64,000 nucleotides of DNA from Eledone cirrhosa. Taxonomy: Eukaryota. The DNA lies in NCBI GenBank assembly GCA_964016885.1, contig OZ024743.1:338706001-338770000 (forward strand), read 5' to 3'. Made by a program: the position numbers and the translations under genes. The notes under the pieces were generated by a model. That model made no database searches. It was not told the origin of the DNA and was given only the letters and a program-made list of their open reading frames with translations. This document shows positions 27,978 to 39,728 of the stretch, piece by piece (position 1 is the stretch's first letter; the number at the start of each line of letters is the position of its first letter).

Positions 27978-28985
27978 TAAGGCCAGCAATTTTGGGGGAG
28001 GGGAAAGTCGATCAAATCGACCCCAGTATGTTACTGGTACTTTATATTATCGACTCCGTAAGGATGAAAGACAAAGTTATACTCGGTGGGATTTGAACTC
28101 CGAAGGTAAAGGGCCGTGACTCTATGCTGCAAAGCATGGTGTCTGACGTTCTACCGATACTGCCAATCCATCACCCTAATAATAATAATAAGGGTTTCTG
28201 ATTTAGGCATAAAGCCAACAGTTTGGGGGAGGGGCAAGTTGATTACATCGACTCCAGAGCGGTACTGGTACTTTATTTTATCGACCCCGTAAGGATGAAA
28301 GGCAAAAGTAACATCGACGTAAGGGGACATAATTATTTTTACATATATTTCATTACTGCACTAGGGCTTGATGAACACAACCACAAGGATATGGTCCGAA
28401 CGTGGAAGAGCCGAACTCCCGCTATCATCGCCTCCATCTCTCTCGCTCTCCTCATCTCTCCGTATAGTGAGCAAATGGGGTCCCACGTGCTGGCCTCCCC
28501 ACAACCCCGGCGGACAGAATGGAGAAGGCGTTTCTCCGCAGGATGGTAAGGGAGATGCGCTGGAAGAGCCATTCCAACTCGCGAGGCTCACACCTGCGGC
28601 TGGCCAGTTCAGTGCCTATGGTGGTGAGTAGGGAGGTAGCCCTAGGGCCAAGCACACCAGAACTCTCCACTGCCAAGGGCACGACCGCGAACCTGTCAGA
28701 GAGCGACCGGTACTTGGAGACATGTCGAAAAGCATGATATCCGACGCTCTACCGATAGTGCCAATCCATAATAATAATAGCGGTTTTTCTAATTTAGGCA
28801 CAAGACCAGCAATTTGAAGTGGGGAGTCCACTATATCGATCCAGTAGTTGACTGGGATTTTATTTTATAGATTCCAGAAGGATGAAACACAAAGTTTACT
28901 GAGGCGGGATTTGAACTCAGAATGTAAAGGACCATAGCTAAATGCTGCCTTGCATTTTGTCTGACATTCTGGCCATTCTGCGCTC
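27978..28985 (-). mobile_element. SINE cluster with an embedded CRE-like fragment (28340-28725)
   Basis: SINE cores; VPLAVESSGVLGP..WLFQRISLTILRRNA. Confidence 0.75.
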
Positions 28986-29050
28986 TGATGTTACGTAATA
29001 ATCTTTTTTTCTAAGCTCGTCACAGGCCAGTAATTTGGAGCATGGTCATA

Positions 29051-29883
29051 CTCTCGGGTCTCGTATAATCCCACCCTGATTATTAATTTTTCAGTTTTTT
29101 TTTTTCACAACTCCCACCAATATTAGATTTTGCTAATCCCACCTCGCTTATTAGATTTTGCTAATCTATCTCCGGCGAAATATTATTTTAAGTGGTAGCA
29201 TTCCTGCGATAATTAATTTCTGCGATAATTTTCTTTATACATTAAAAAACATTATACATGGCAAAAATTACATTACTAGAAATCCCATATATTATAAAAT
29301 AAACAGGATGGGTTGGGGTCTCAATATGTAAACTAAACAACTGATTCTGATTTATTTTTTTAATCAACGGAGGCAACCTAGAAAAACCAGGAAAAATTAC
29401 CGATTTTCCACACACCCCACCACCGCTTATTCCCCCCACTCCGAGCTTATTCCAGCTCCCTCTTATTCCACCTTCCCCTTATTCCAACCACCACCCCACC
29501 CCTTATTCCAACTCCCCTTTATTCCCCCACCACCCCTTATTCCAACTCCCTCTTATTCCAACCCCCGCTTATTCCAATTCCTCCTTATTCCCCCACCACC
29601 CCTTATCCTTATTCCAACTCCCCTTTATTCCTCCACCACCACTTATTCCAACCCCTCTTACTCTAACTCCCCCTTATCCCCACCCCCACCCCTTATTCCA
29701 ACTCTCTTTATTCCCCCACCACCCTTTATTCCAACTCCCTCTTATTCCAACTCCCCCCTTATTCCAACTCCCCCTTATCCCCCCACCCCTCATCATTATT
29801 CCAACTCCCCCTTATCCCCCACCCCTCATCCTTATTCCAACTCCCACTTATTCCAACTCCCCCTATTATATGAGACCCGAAAG
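29051..29883. mobile_element. Non-autonomous TIR DNA transposon carrying a C-rich minisatellite (29425-29865)
   Basis: TIRs ctctcgggtctcgtataat / attatatgagacccgaaag, each flanked by TA. Confidence 0.8.
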
Positions 29884-29922
29884 TAGTCGATTATATCGAT
29901 CCCTATTGCTTAACAGGTACTA

Positions 29923-31231
29923 CACAGGATGAGCATAAGGTCTTTCTCTGATTATAAACCTTTTTTAATTAAAACATAAACAAGTTAGAAAAACAGTTTT
30001 TGGCACACTTATAGCATATGTCTAGAAGTTGTTTTCATTCACAGAAGAACTTCAGTGAGCTTCAACATGAGTCCCACTCGTCACTCGGAAGATATCTAAG
30101 GGATTTTCAATTTCACGCCATGTTTTCTGAAGTATATTAATTGATACAGATGCTATTGCTTCAGTTATCCTTGCCTTTAGAGTTTCAAGATTGCGAACCG
30201 GTGTACGGTACAAGTTGTCCCTCACGTACCCCCATAAAAAGAAGTCAAGTAATGTCTGGAGGAATGTCTGATGAACGTGGAGGCCATGGTGTTGGATCAC
30301 CTCTCCTATTCCATCTGTTTGGAAAGGTTGCGTTCAGAAACTGACGGACACGTAGTCCCCAATGTGGAGCAGTCCCATCTTGTTGGAAGACTATCTATGG
30401 CTGAAATGTTCCAGCATGTCCAGGCAAATGTTTGCTGAAATGGTGGATTCAGCAAAAACGAAAGGCCCAATAACAGCACCAGACATCAAACAGCACCAGA
30501 CATTTACCTTACCGCTATCTCTTTGGTGCTCCAATATAACGTGTGGATTCCCTAATCCCCAAATCCGCACATTGTATCTATTAACTTTTATTTGTGGAAA
30601 GTAGCCTCTTCAGAAAATGCAACCTGCTTAAAATAATGATTATCCTTTTCAATTCGATCAAGAATTTCCGTCTCAAAGCTAGAACGTTGGGGATGATCGT
30701 TCGGTTGCAAATCTTGAAAGACTTGCATGTTGTATGCATATAAACGCGGGCGTTTGTGAAAAATCATAACAACTGTAGTCTGTGGCATTCCCAGTTCTCT
30801 TGAAGCTCTGCGAGTTGATTTCCTAGGGCTCCGTTGAAAATCAGTACACACAGCATCATCATTCTCTTACCTTAATCTTGGCCTGCCAGATCCTTTGAGG
30901 TCACCAATGCTGCCAGTCTCTTTAAACTTGTCATACCAGTCCTTGATACTTTTAACATTTGGTGAACTTTGTTCGTATTCTCTCGTAAAATTTCGTTGAA
31001 CCTTAATTGCCGATTTTGTTTCGTGAAACCACAAAACGCTCTGAGCTTTTTGTTTCACAGCTACCATTTTGTTTCTTAAAATTACAACTACTTCCTGTAG
31101 AAGAAAAAATGTAAAACATGTCCAGAATACTTTAGACTTGAACTTTATAAATTAAAACAATAGAAAGGTAAGATATCAAATAATATCCGAGATATGGTAT
31201 TTTATAAGGGAAGTACTTAATTCTCACCCTG
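29923..31231 (-). mobile_element. Decayed Tc1/mariner transposon, DD41D (rosa/Visitor)-like
   Basis: Transposase pieces: VLWFHETKS..VQRNF, SPRKSTRRASRELG, FSEEATFH, FQQDG..PH, WPPRS.D, DFFLWG; degenerate TIRs; TA flanks. Confidence 0.88.
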
Positions 31232-31329
31232 TATTTTATCGAGCTCGGAAGGATGAAAGGCAAAGTTGAACTTAGCAGGATTTGAACTCAGAACGTAGCG
31301 GGTCGTAATTAAGTCCACCGCCATGAAAT

Positions 31330-31620
31330 TATATACAAATAAGAACCTGTCATCTCGATATAAACCACCAGAAATTGACGGAAATTTTTCGGGCAATGCT
31401 TTTAATATATACAATAGAAAATATCTCTGACTTAGATTGAGTGTTTTGATCATATACTGCAATAGAGTTGTCATAATAGATGAAAGATATTCTAGCTTGT
31501 AATTTAATATCAACGTCCCTGTTTGTAATGAAGATGACTTTTTTTTAAATTGGTTTCTTGGTGAAGTGCAGCTGATATCTGATAGTTTATAATCTTTCAT
31601 CATTAGACTTCCATTCCAAT
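31330..31620 (-). mobile_element. Degenerate PLE RT fragment (Hydra-like lineage)
   Basis: FPSISGGLYRDD matches IPSLGGGLYRDD of the element at 41697-43163. Confidence 0.5.
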
Positions 31621-32047
31621 GTATTTATTTTCACAGTTTTCTTTTTAGATCAGATATACTTTCCTATAATATAATTGATTTAATTACACTACAGTGTTCA
31701 GAGATCTAAGAGCCACTAATATTTTCTCAATAGCATTTGACGTTTACACACATTCATTTTATCAGTTTAACTAACACTTGTAACAGTTAATGTTATATTA
31801 AGATATACACGCTTTGTTTCCATATCTGTACACACATAACTACTTATTTAATATGTTTACATATAAATTAATGACATTTTCCAAATTGTCTCTGATGCAG
31901 GTGTTTATATGATTATATTTACACAGACACAAACACACACACACACATACACACTCATACACACACACATACACATAAACACACACATAAACATACACAC
32001 ACGTATATATATATGCATATATTTATGTATATTCATGTATATATATG

Positions 32048-32080
<33 letters not shown>

Positions 32081-32107
32081 GTATATATATATATATGTCT
32101 ATATATG

Positions 32108-32140
<33 letters not shown>

Positions 32141-32153
32141 GTGTATATATATG

Positions 32154-32195
<42 letters not shown>

Positions 32196-32196
<1 letters not shown>

Positions 32197-35100
32197 CATC
32201 ATCATCATCATCATCAGGTTTAGCGTCCGTGTTCCACGCTTGCATGGGTTTGGACGGGGGTTTTCCCACTTGAGGCAAGAGTGGTTGTCTTGCTCGCATA
32301 GGACTGTCTGGCGGGTTTTCTACAGTTGGATGCCCTTCCTAACACCAACCACATTTACAGTGTGGGGCTGGGAGGTTTTTACCGTGTTGCCTACACGGCC
32401 ACATTACAGCGTGGACTGTCTGGCGGGTTTTCTACAGCTGGATGCCCTTCCTAACACCAACCACATTTACAGTGTGGGGCTGGGAGGTTTTTACCGTGTT
32501 GCCTACACGGCCACATTTACAGCGTGGACTGTGTGTTTTTTGTCGTGACACCTACACGATCTCATTTGTTTCGGCCTGGATGTTGTGGGACCAACATAAC
32601 TTTACATTGAAAGGGGCGGTGTGGGTGGGGTGGAGGTGGTGGGACGGGGGTGTGTTTTGATAGAGATGCCTACTGACTGTAGTAGGTTTTTACTTTGTAT
32701 TTAGGTAAGGCGGGTCTTCTCTATTACTGAGTACCGCCAAAGGTCTCGGTCCAGTGACATTGTCTTGGAGAGGTGTAAGCGTGTGAGGTCGGAATTTATC
32801 AGCTCGTCCCATGTTTTTCTGGGTCTGCCTACTCCGTGGCTACCGTCTATCTTTATTGCCCTGCACTTTGTTATACAGCTGTCGTCTTTCATGCGCATCA
32901 CGTGACCGTACCAACGTAGCCTTCTCTCGAGTAGACAACATCTGATCCCTCTTATTTCTAATTTTTTCCTTAGTTCGTTTATGCTTTGCCGTTCACGTAT
33001 ATTACTATTGCACATCCAGCGGAGCATGCAAGCTTCGTTCCTCTCTAGTCTGCGTATATCCTCTGCACACAATGCCCAGTGCTCACTGCCATGCAGCATT
33101 GCTGTTCGTATGCAGGCATCGTATAACCTGCCTTTCATTTTTAGGGAGAACCCTCTAGCGGCTAATAGTGGTATAAGCTCTCTGAACTTTTTCCATCCAG
33201 TTCTGACTCTAGCTACTGTACTTTCAGAGCACCCTCCCCCACTGCTGATGTTGTCACCCAGATAACGGAAGCTGTCCACTATTTCTATAGAACCCTCTGC
33301 GCAGTTGAAGGAGCTAGTATTTTGTGGGCACTTGCTGCTACTTATTGCACCAGAGCACCGGCCACATGTAAAATCTATGTTCTTAGTTAGCTTACCTGTG
33401 ATCCCACTACATCTTTTATGCACCCATACTTTGCATTTGGGACATAAAATGGAGTTTCTACCTACGCCTTTCCTACACACTGAGCATGGCCATTTCCCAG
33501 ATGGGACCGCCGCCTTATTTTCTTTCCTACAAACTAGAACTTTAGTCTTAGCCAGGTTAATTTTAAGGCCTTTTGATTCTAGGCCGTGCTTCCATGTTTG
33601 GAATTTCTTCTCTATTTCGGTCATTGATTCAGCTATGAGCGTTAGATCATCTGCGTATAGGAGTTCCCATGGGCAGCCGGTCTTGAACTCCTCTGTTATA
33701 TCCTGAAGGGCAATAATAAATAGTAGGGGGCTAAGAACAGAGCCCTGATGGACACCAACTTTTACGCTAAACTCTTCACTATATTCGTTGTTAATTCTAA
33801 CCTTACTGACTGTTTCTTTATACATGGCTTGTATAGCTCTCACAAGCCATTCGTCAACACCTAGTTTTCTAAGAGACCACCAGATAATGGAACGGGGGAC
33901 TCTGTCGAAGGCTTTCTCCAAGTCGACGAAAGCTAAGTATAGGGGTTTACTTTTAGCTAGGTACTTCTCCTGTAGTTGTCGTACAATGAAAAGAGCGTCT
34001 GTGGTACTTTTGCCTGACACAAACCCGAACTGCATTTCATCTAGATCAATTCTCTCTCTGATTAGTTGCGCTATTACTTTTTCCGTGACCTTCATGACCT
34101 GGTCGATTAATTTAATGCCACTATAGTTAGTCCTATCTAGGGCATCTCCTTTTCCCTTATAGCAGTTAACGATGATGCTGCTACGCCATTCCTTCGGAAC
34201 AACCCCATTCTGTACGACTTGGTTAACTATCCGGGTGACCATGGTGTGTCCCACCGAACCAGATGCCTTTATCATCTCAGCAACTATTTCCGAAGGCCCA
34301 GCCGCCTTACCCGTCTTCATATCTTTGATTGCCTTACTTATTATACTACCATCAACTAACACTGCTGGTCCCTCTATTGGATCGATCTGGGGGAGACTGT
34401 CTTTCTCCCATTTGTTCTCCTCATTTAGAAGCCTTTCGTAGTGACACTTCCAAGCTACCTTCTTATCAGCGTCGGTGATGGCAAGTATGCCATCATCGTT
34501 AAGTACACACTTCTCCCCGACAATATCACGGTTTTCCTTGACACATTGCCTGGCAATCCTGAACACCTCACGTTTTTGGTCCTCACGTTGTAGAACATGC
34601 TTGAACTTTCTTTCCTCTGCTTCCCTTCTTGCGAAGTACACTTGTCTCCTAGCTTCCCTCCTGGCCACTTGATAGTCTTCTTTACTTCCCCCATCCCGCC
34701 ATACTTTCCAAGCCTGCTTTTTGGCCTTAATTGACTCCTTCACCTTACTGTTCCACCACCATGTTACTCTCCTCCTACCTACAGGCCTGCTCCAGCCACA
34801 GACTTCGTCTGCCGCCGTCAGCAGGTTTGCTCTCAGGAATTCCCACTGTTCCTCTATATTATACGACTCTAATTGCTCTTCCTTACTGTCGAAAGCGTCA
34901 AGTAATATGCTTTGGAATTTATTTCTGGCTATGGGGTCCTTTAGCTTCCATATTTTTCTCCTGAGGATAGTCCTCTTCCGCTGTCTAGTACGTCTCGTCC
35001 TGACTATGAGGTCGCTAATTATCAGTCTATGTTGGGAGGTGAATTCTTCATGGGGTGGGATTTAGTGTTAACAACAGACACTCTGTCACGTCTTCTGGTA

Positions 35101-35838
35101 AGGATATAATCTACCTGGCTTGTGTGTTCCCCCGATCTATAGGTGATCAAGTGATTGTCTCGTTTTTTGAAGTTAGTGTTACAGATAGTTAAGTTATTTG
35201 CGTCGCAGAATTCCAGGATTCTGGAGCCTTCCTCATTTCTAGTACCGAACCCATAGCCTCCATGGATTCCGTCATAGCCGTCACAATGTTGTCCAACGTG
35301 ACCATTTAGGTCGCCTGCAATAACTATATAGTCACTGTCGGTTATTTGGGAGGTAGCGAGCATCAGTGTCTCGTAGAATCTGTCTTTTATAGCGCCGGGC
35401 AGTCCGGATTGGGGTGCGTACGCAGATATTACTGTCACCGTAGTTTTATTGAGGACAAGTCTTATTTTAATTATTCTGTCGTTCACTCTATTTACGTCTA
35501 TTATCTTATCTGCCCACTTTTCTGCTACCATGATTCCTACCCCACCCAACCCATTGTCATTTCCCACCCAGAAAAGCTTATAGCATCGTTCTTTACCCAC
35601 GATGAATCTAGCCGACCCTCCCCTCCACCCGGTCTCTTGAATACAACAAACATCGACCTCCTTACGTTCAAGCATTTCTACAACCTCGTTAGAGCGACCC
35701 TTTAAGGTGCCTACATTCATGGTACCAACTCTGAAGTTTTGGATTGCGTTTGGAGGGTGGGAGCGGTGGGGAGCGGTGGGGGATGGGGTTATGTTAGCCA
35801 TCCTGGGCCGAAACAAGGAGGAGTGCTTGCATTCTCGT

Positions 35839-35840
<2 letters not shown>
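32196..35840 (-). mobile_element. Near full-length RTE-clade LINE with a (GAT)n 3' tail, inserted in TA-rich microsatellite
   Basis: APE domain then RT; 3' UTR with the ggatgcccttcc motif and a ~112-bp tandem duplication (32301-32525). Confidence 0.95.
32701..35816 (-). CDS. RTE endonuclease/reverse transcriptase, ~1040 aa if one frameshift near 35053 is corrected
   Basis: NVGTL, IQET, SAYAPQ, GDLN, DYIL, SQHR (APE); [25 protein letters not shown] (RT); Cys/His finger CSVC..CPKC..HKRC..CGRC. Confidence 0.9.
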
Positions 35841-35931
<91 letters not shown>

Positions 35932-35933
<2 letters not shown>

Positions 35934-38330
35934 GGATTAAAATACTGGAGCGTGTTGGAGTTAAACACCCTCTTCGTATTATAGAAATATAATATCCTCT
36001 CTACATACTACTAGTCTGAACAGATCTGGAAATGCCTTACCACCAGAACAGACTTTAACTAATAGCAATCCTACGTGTAATGCATCACCACTTCAGCCAA
36101 CCAATAGCACCCGGAAGTGTAACTGTAGAGTGAGTGCTAACTGCCCTTTAAACGGTAACTGCCTCTCTAAGAACATCGTCTATGCTTGCGTAGTTATAAC
36201 TAATTCCTCTAATAGAACTTATGTAGGCTCTACATCTAACACTTTTAAGACTAGGTTTAATTCTCATATTTCTAATTTCAAACATGTTAAGTTTAAGAAT
36301 TCTACTTCTTTAGCACACTATATCTGGGATCTTAAGGGGGCTAATATACCATATAGCCTTAATTGGCGTTTAGTAGCACGCTCTAATAACCTTTCTATAC
36401 ATACTAAATTTTGCAATCTCTGTATCCTCGAGACACACTCTATAATTTTCTCTAGCGAATCCTTACTTAATAGAAAGTCTGAGATATTCTCTTCTTGCCC
36501 CCACGCTATTTCTAATTCTTACTTTTATTATAAACCTAAAGGTTCTAGTAGTTTAAATTGTATCCATTAGCTGATATATTCTATTACTTATTTTTTAGTT
36601 TAGGTTCTTTTTGTTTACCACCATTATTATCATCATTATTATCATTAGTTTTTGACAACTCTTTATTCTAGCTCTCATAATCTTTTGGCTACTATACCAT
36701 ATCTATCTTCTTACGCATTAAATTTTCACTATTAACAACTTATGAGTATATATCTGATTATATATTTTACATTATTTTATTTTATTTCATTTTATTTTAT
36801 TTTATTTTATTTGGTTTCTTCATTGGATACCCCATGCGCACATAAACTTATTGTCAACCCCTTCACATAGATTATGATTATATTTAATCCCCCCTCTTTT
36901 ACGCTCCTTTCTATTATTTAATATAGTATCTTGACAATATTTTTATGCTCCTTTGTATCCTCCATACATTTCTTTTTTTTCTGTCCCTATTAGCCTACCA
37001 TAATTCTGCTTAAGTCAGTTTTTTTTATATCGTTATGTAAATGATAGTAGAAAATTTTCATCCCTTTATATATATATTTGTAGGGAAATATTAACGTTTA
37101 TATATTTTGATTACTTAAACCATAGCTAATATTGTATTGCCTTATTGGATATTTTAAATATTTTTAATATTAATTTATCAAATAGGGTTTTCGAGTCATT
37201 TACCTGGGTTGTTTCCTAAGTTTTCACTTAACTGCATGTGAGACCTAACTATATACTTTTGTTTTTGTTTTTTAATTTCCGGTTGATTCTATTTATTTAT
37301 TTATTTATTAATACTACTGTGCATTCTATTTACTGTCTGGCCCTTACTCACTCATCCACATATATGTCTGTTTACCAACCTTGTAATTATAAGTAATCAT
37401 ATATTATATTATGTTAATTATTTTATATTGTATTTGTTATTGTACTATCGATCCTTATTACTTACCGTTGATTATATATAACATTATGATATTTTAAATT
37501 TTATATATCATGTAAGAAGTTTATATTTTTGTACCATCATAATTTTGGGCAGTGTACAATTTATATTTTTTCTCACCTACTCTGTAACTCTATATGAATT
37601 GATTTGTTATTATATATTATATATTATATATGTTATTATATTATTATTATAGTATTATTGTGACATCTATAATGTTTGTGTAAATTAACCGGAGATTATC
37701 TATTATTATATTATATTATATGGTATATAATTGTATAGTTTATTATATATTATATGTGCTACTTATAATCATATCATATTATTACCTAATTGTATATTAG
37801 ATATATGTATTATTACTATTATTATTATTTTTATTCCTATCATGCTTATTTATATTTAAACTCTTAATAAGGTTTAATTTGTGCTGTTAAAGATGGATAT
37901 GTGTATTGATGTATGTGTATGTGTGCGTACGTGTGCGTACATATATATATATATATATTGTACCTTTTAATTTTTATTGTAATTTTAATATTGTTACATG
38001 TATACTATATTATATTATATAGTATTATATATAATTCCCGCTCTATATAACTACCTTTGTTTAGCTCTAGGTTTTTTTGCTTTGGACTATATTTGTAATA
38101 TGGTTCTAAATGTTATACACCTCCTTAGTGATTTTTATTATATATTTTTACCCATAATCTTGCAATACTTTAGTGTATGTACACTCCATATTCTTCGGAG
38201 TTTTCGGCTTGTATAGGCCGATAATACTTCTTGTTGTTTTAATTGCCCTGATGAGTCCTTAATAGGACGAAACATTGTTGGCTAATAAAGACTTTTGATG
38301 TATTGAAGGCTTCTTTGTTTTACTTTCATA
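35932..38330 (+). mobile_element. 5'-truncated PLE (Hydra-like): GIY-YIG domain 36115-36570, long AT-rich 3' UTR, terminal hammerhead
   Basis: CNCRVSANCPLNGNCLSKNIVY..TYVGST..FKTRF..H..CNLCILE; both ends in (TA)n. Confidence 0.85.
38241..38287 (+). ncRNA. Canonical-core minimal hammerhead ribozyme
   Basis: GCC-CUGAUGA-GUCCU-UAAU-AGGAC-GAAAC-AUU-GUU-GGC, followed by AAUAAA. Confidence 0.9.
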
Positions 38331-38355
38331 ATATATATATATGTATAAATATATG

Positions 38356-38386
<31 letters not shown>

Positions 38387-38389
38387 GTT

Positions 38390-38558
<169 letters not shown>

Positions 38559-38634
38559 AATGAGCGGAACAAGTAATCATCAAACAATCTTTTAAATAAA
38601 TTAAAAAACGATTTAAATATTCACCTGTTCTATT

Positions 38635-38714
38635 GCCGTTACCGACGGTTTCACTAATCAAAAGATTGGAAATTCAGAGAATTTCCAATGGAAAGAATTA
38701 AATCTTCAGACAGC
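38635..38714 (-). ncRNA. Type I hammerhead ribozyme with an extended stem II
   Basis: GCUGU-CUGAAGA-..UUGGAAAUU/AAUUUCCAA..-GAAACCG-U-CGGUA-ACGGC. Confidence 0.8.
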
Positions 38715-39101
38715 TATTTCCATACTATAAGGGTATAAAGCCTCATAGTAAGTTAATATTTCACTTCCTGCCCGTTGCATGCGGTCAAGCCGTTAAAATG
38801 ACTTACACACAAAAATAGGCCATGAGTAAAAACGGGTTATTATAAACGTGTTGATCATGCCGCTAAAAATAGCAGCGCGATACAACGTTTTGTTCTCTAC
38901 ATAGAGGAGAAAAATTATAAATAGGTATGGATATTCCGACAGGCACTAAGTACCTACAGAAATATGCATGGTGTTTATAATAGTTGTGGTTCGATGGTAC
39001 TAATTTGAGATACCAGAACTATAAAAAGGAGCTGAACAAGTAATCATCAAACAATCTTTTAAATAAATTAAAAAACGATTTAAATATTCACCTGTTTTAT
39101 T

Positions 39102-39181
39102 GCCGTTACCGACGGTTTCACTAATCAAAAGATTGGAAATTCAGAGAATTTCCTATGGAAAGAATTAGATCTTCAGACAGC
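39102..39181 (-). ncRNA. Type I hammerhead ribozyme (second tandem copy)
   Basis: Same motif, 467 nt from the first. Confidence 0.8.
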
Positions 39182-39324
39182 TATTTTCAAACTATAAGGG
39201 TATAAAATCTCATAGTAAGTTAATATTTCGCTTCCTGCCCGATGCATGCGGCCATGAGTAAAAGCGGGTTATTATAAACTTGTTGACCATGCCACTAAAA
39301 ATAGCAGCACGATACAACGTTTTG

Positions 39325-39495
<171 letters not shown>

Positions 39496-39503
39496 TGTAT
39501 ATA

Positions 39504-39535
<32 letters not shown>

Positions 39536-39539
39536 AGAG

Positions 39540-39728
39540 AGTATTGAAGTTTGCTTGAAGCATTGTGGAATAATAAGGTAAATTTCTTTAAGTCGTTTGG
39601 AAGCCTCGACAATGCAAATGGGTAAATCTCCGGGTAACAAGATCCGGTGGTGGTGAGAGAGATGTAAGTGGGTGTACGTTGAGATGCGTGGCGTGTATAA
39701 GACGTGTAGAGGAATGAAGGAAATAGCA
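39540..39728 (-). repeat. Interspersed module, also at 44675-44962 (+) and 58466-58785 (-)
   Basis: Near-identical sequence at three loci. Confidence 0.85.

Noticed and set aside
29425-29865. CRISPR-like array
   Set aside because: Degenerate tandem units without unique spacers, no cas genes, eukaryotic context
32981-35705. Plus-strand ORFs overlapping the RTE element
   Set aside because: Antisense shadows of a coding region with no recognisable motifs
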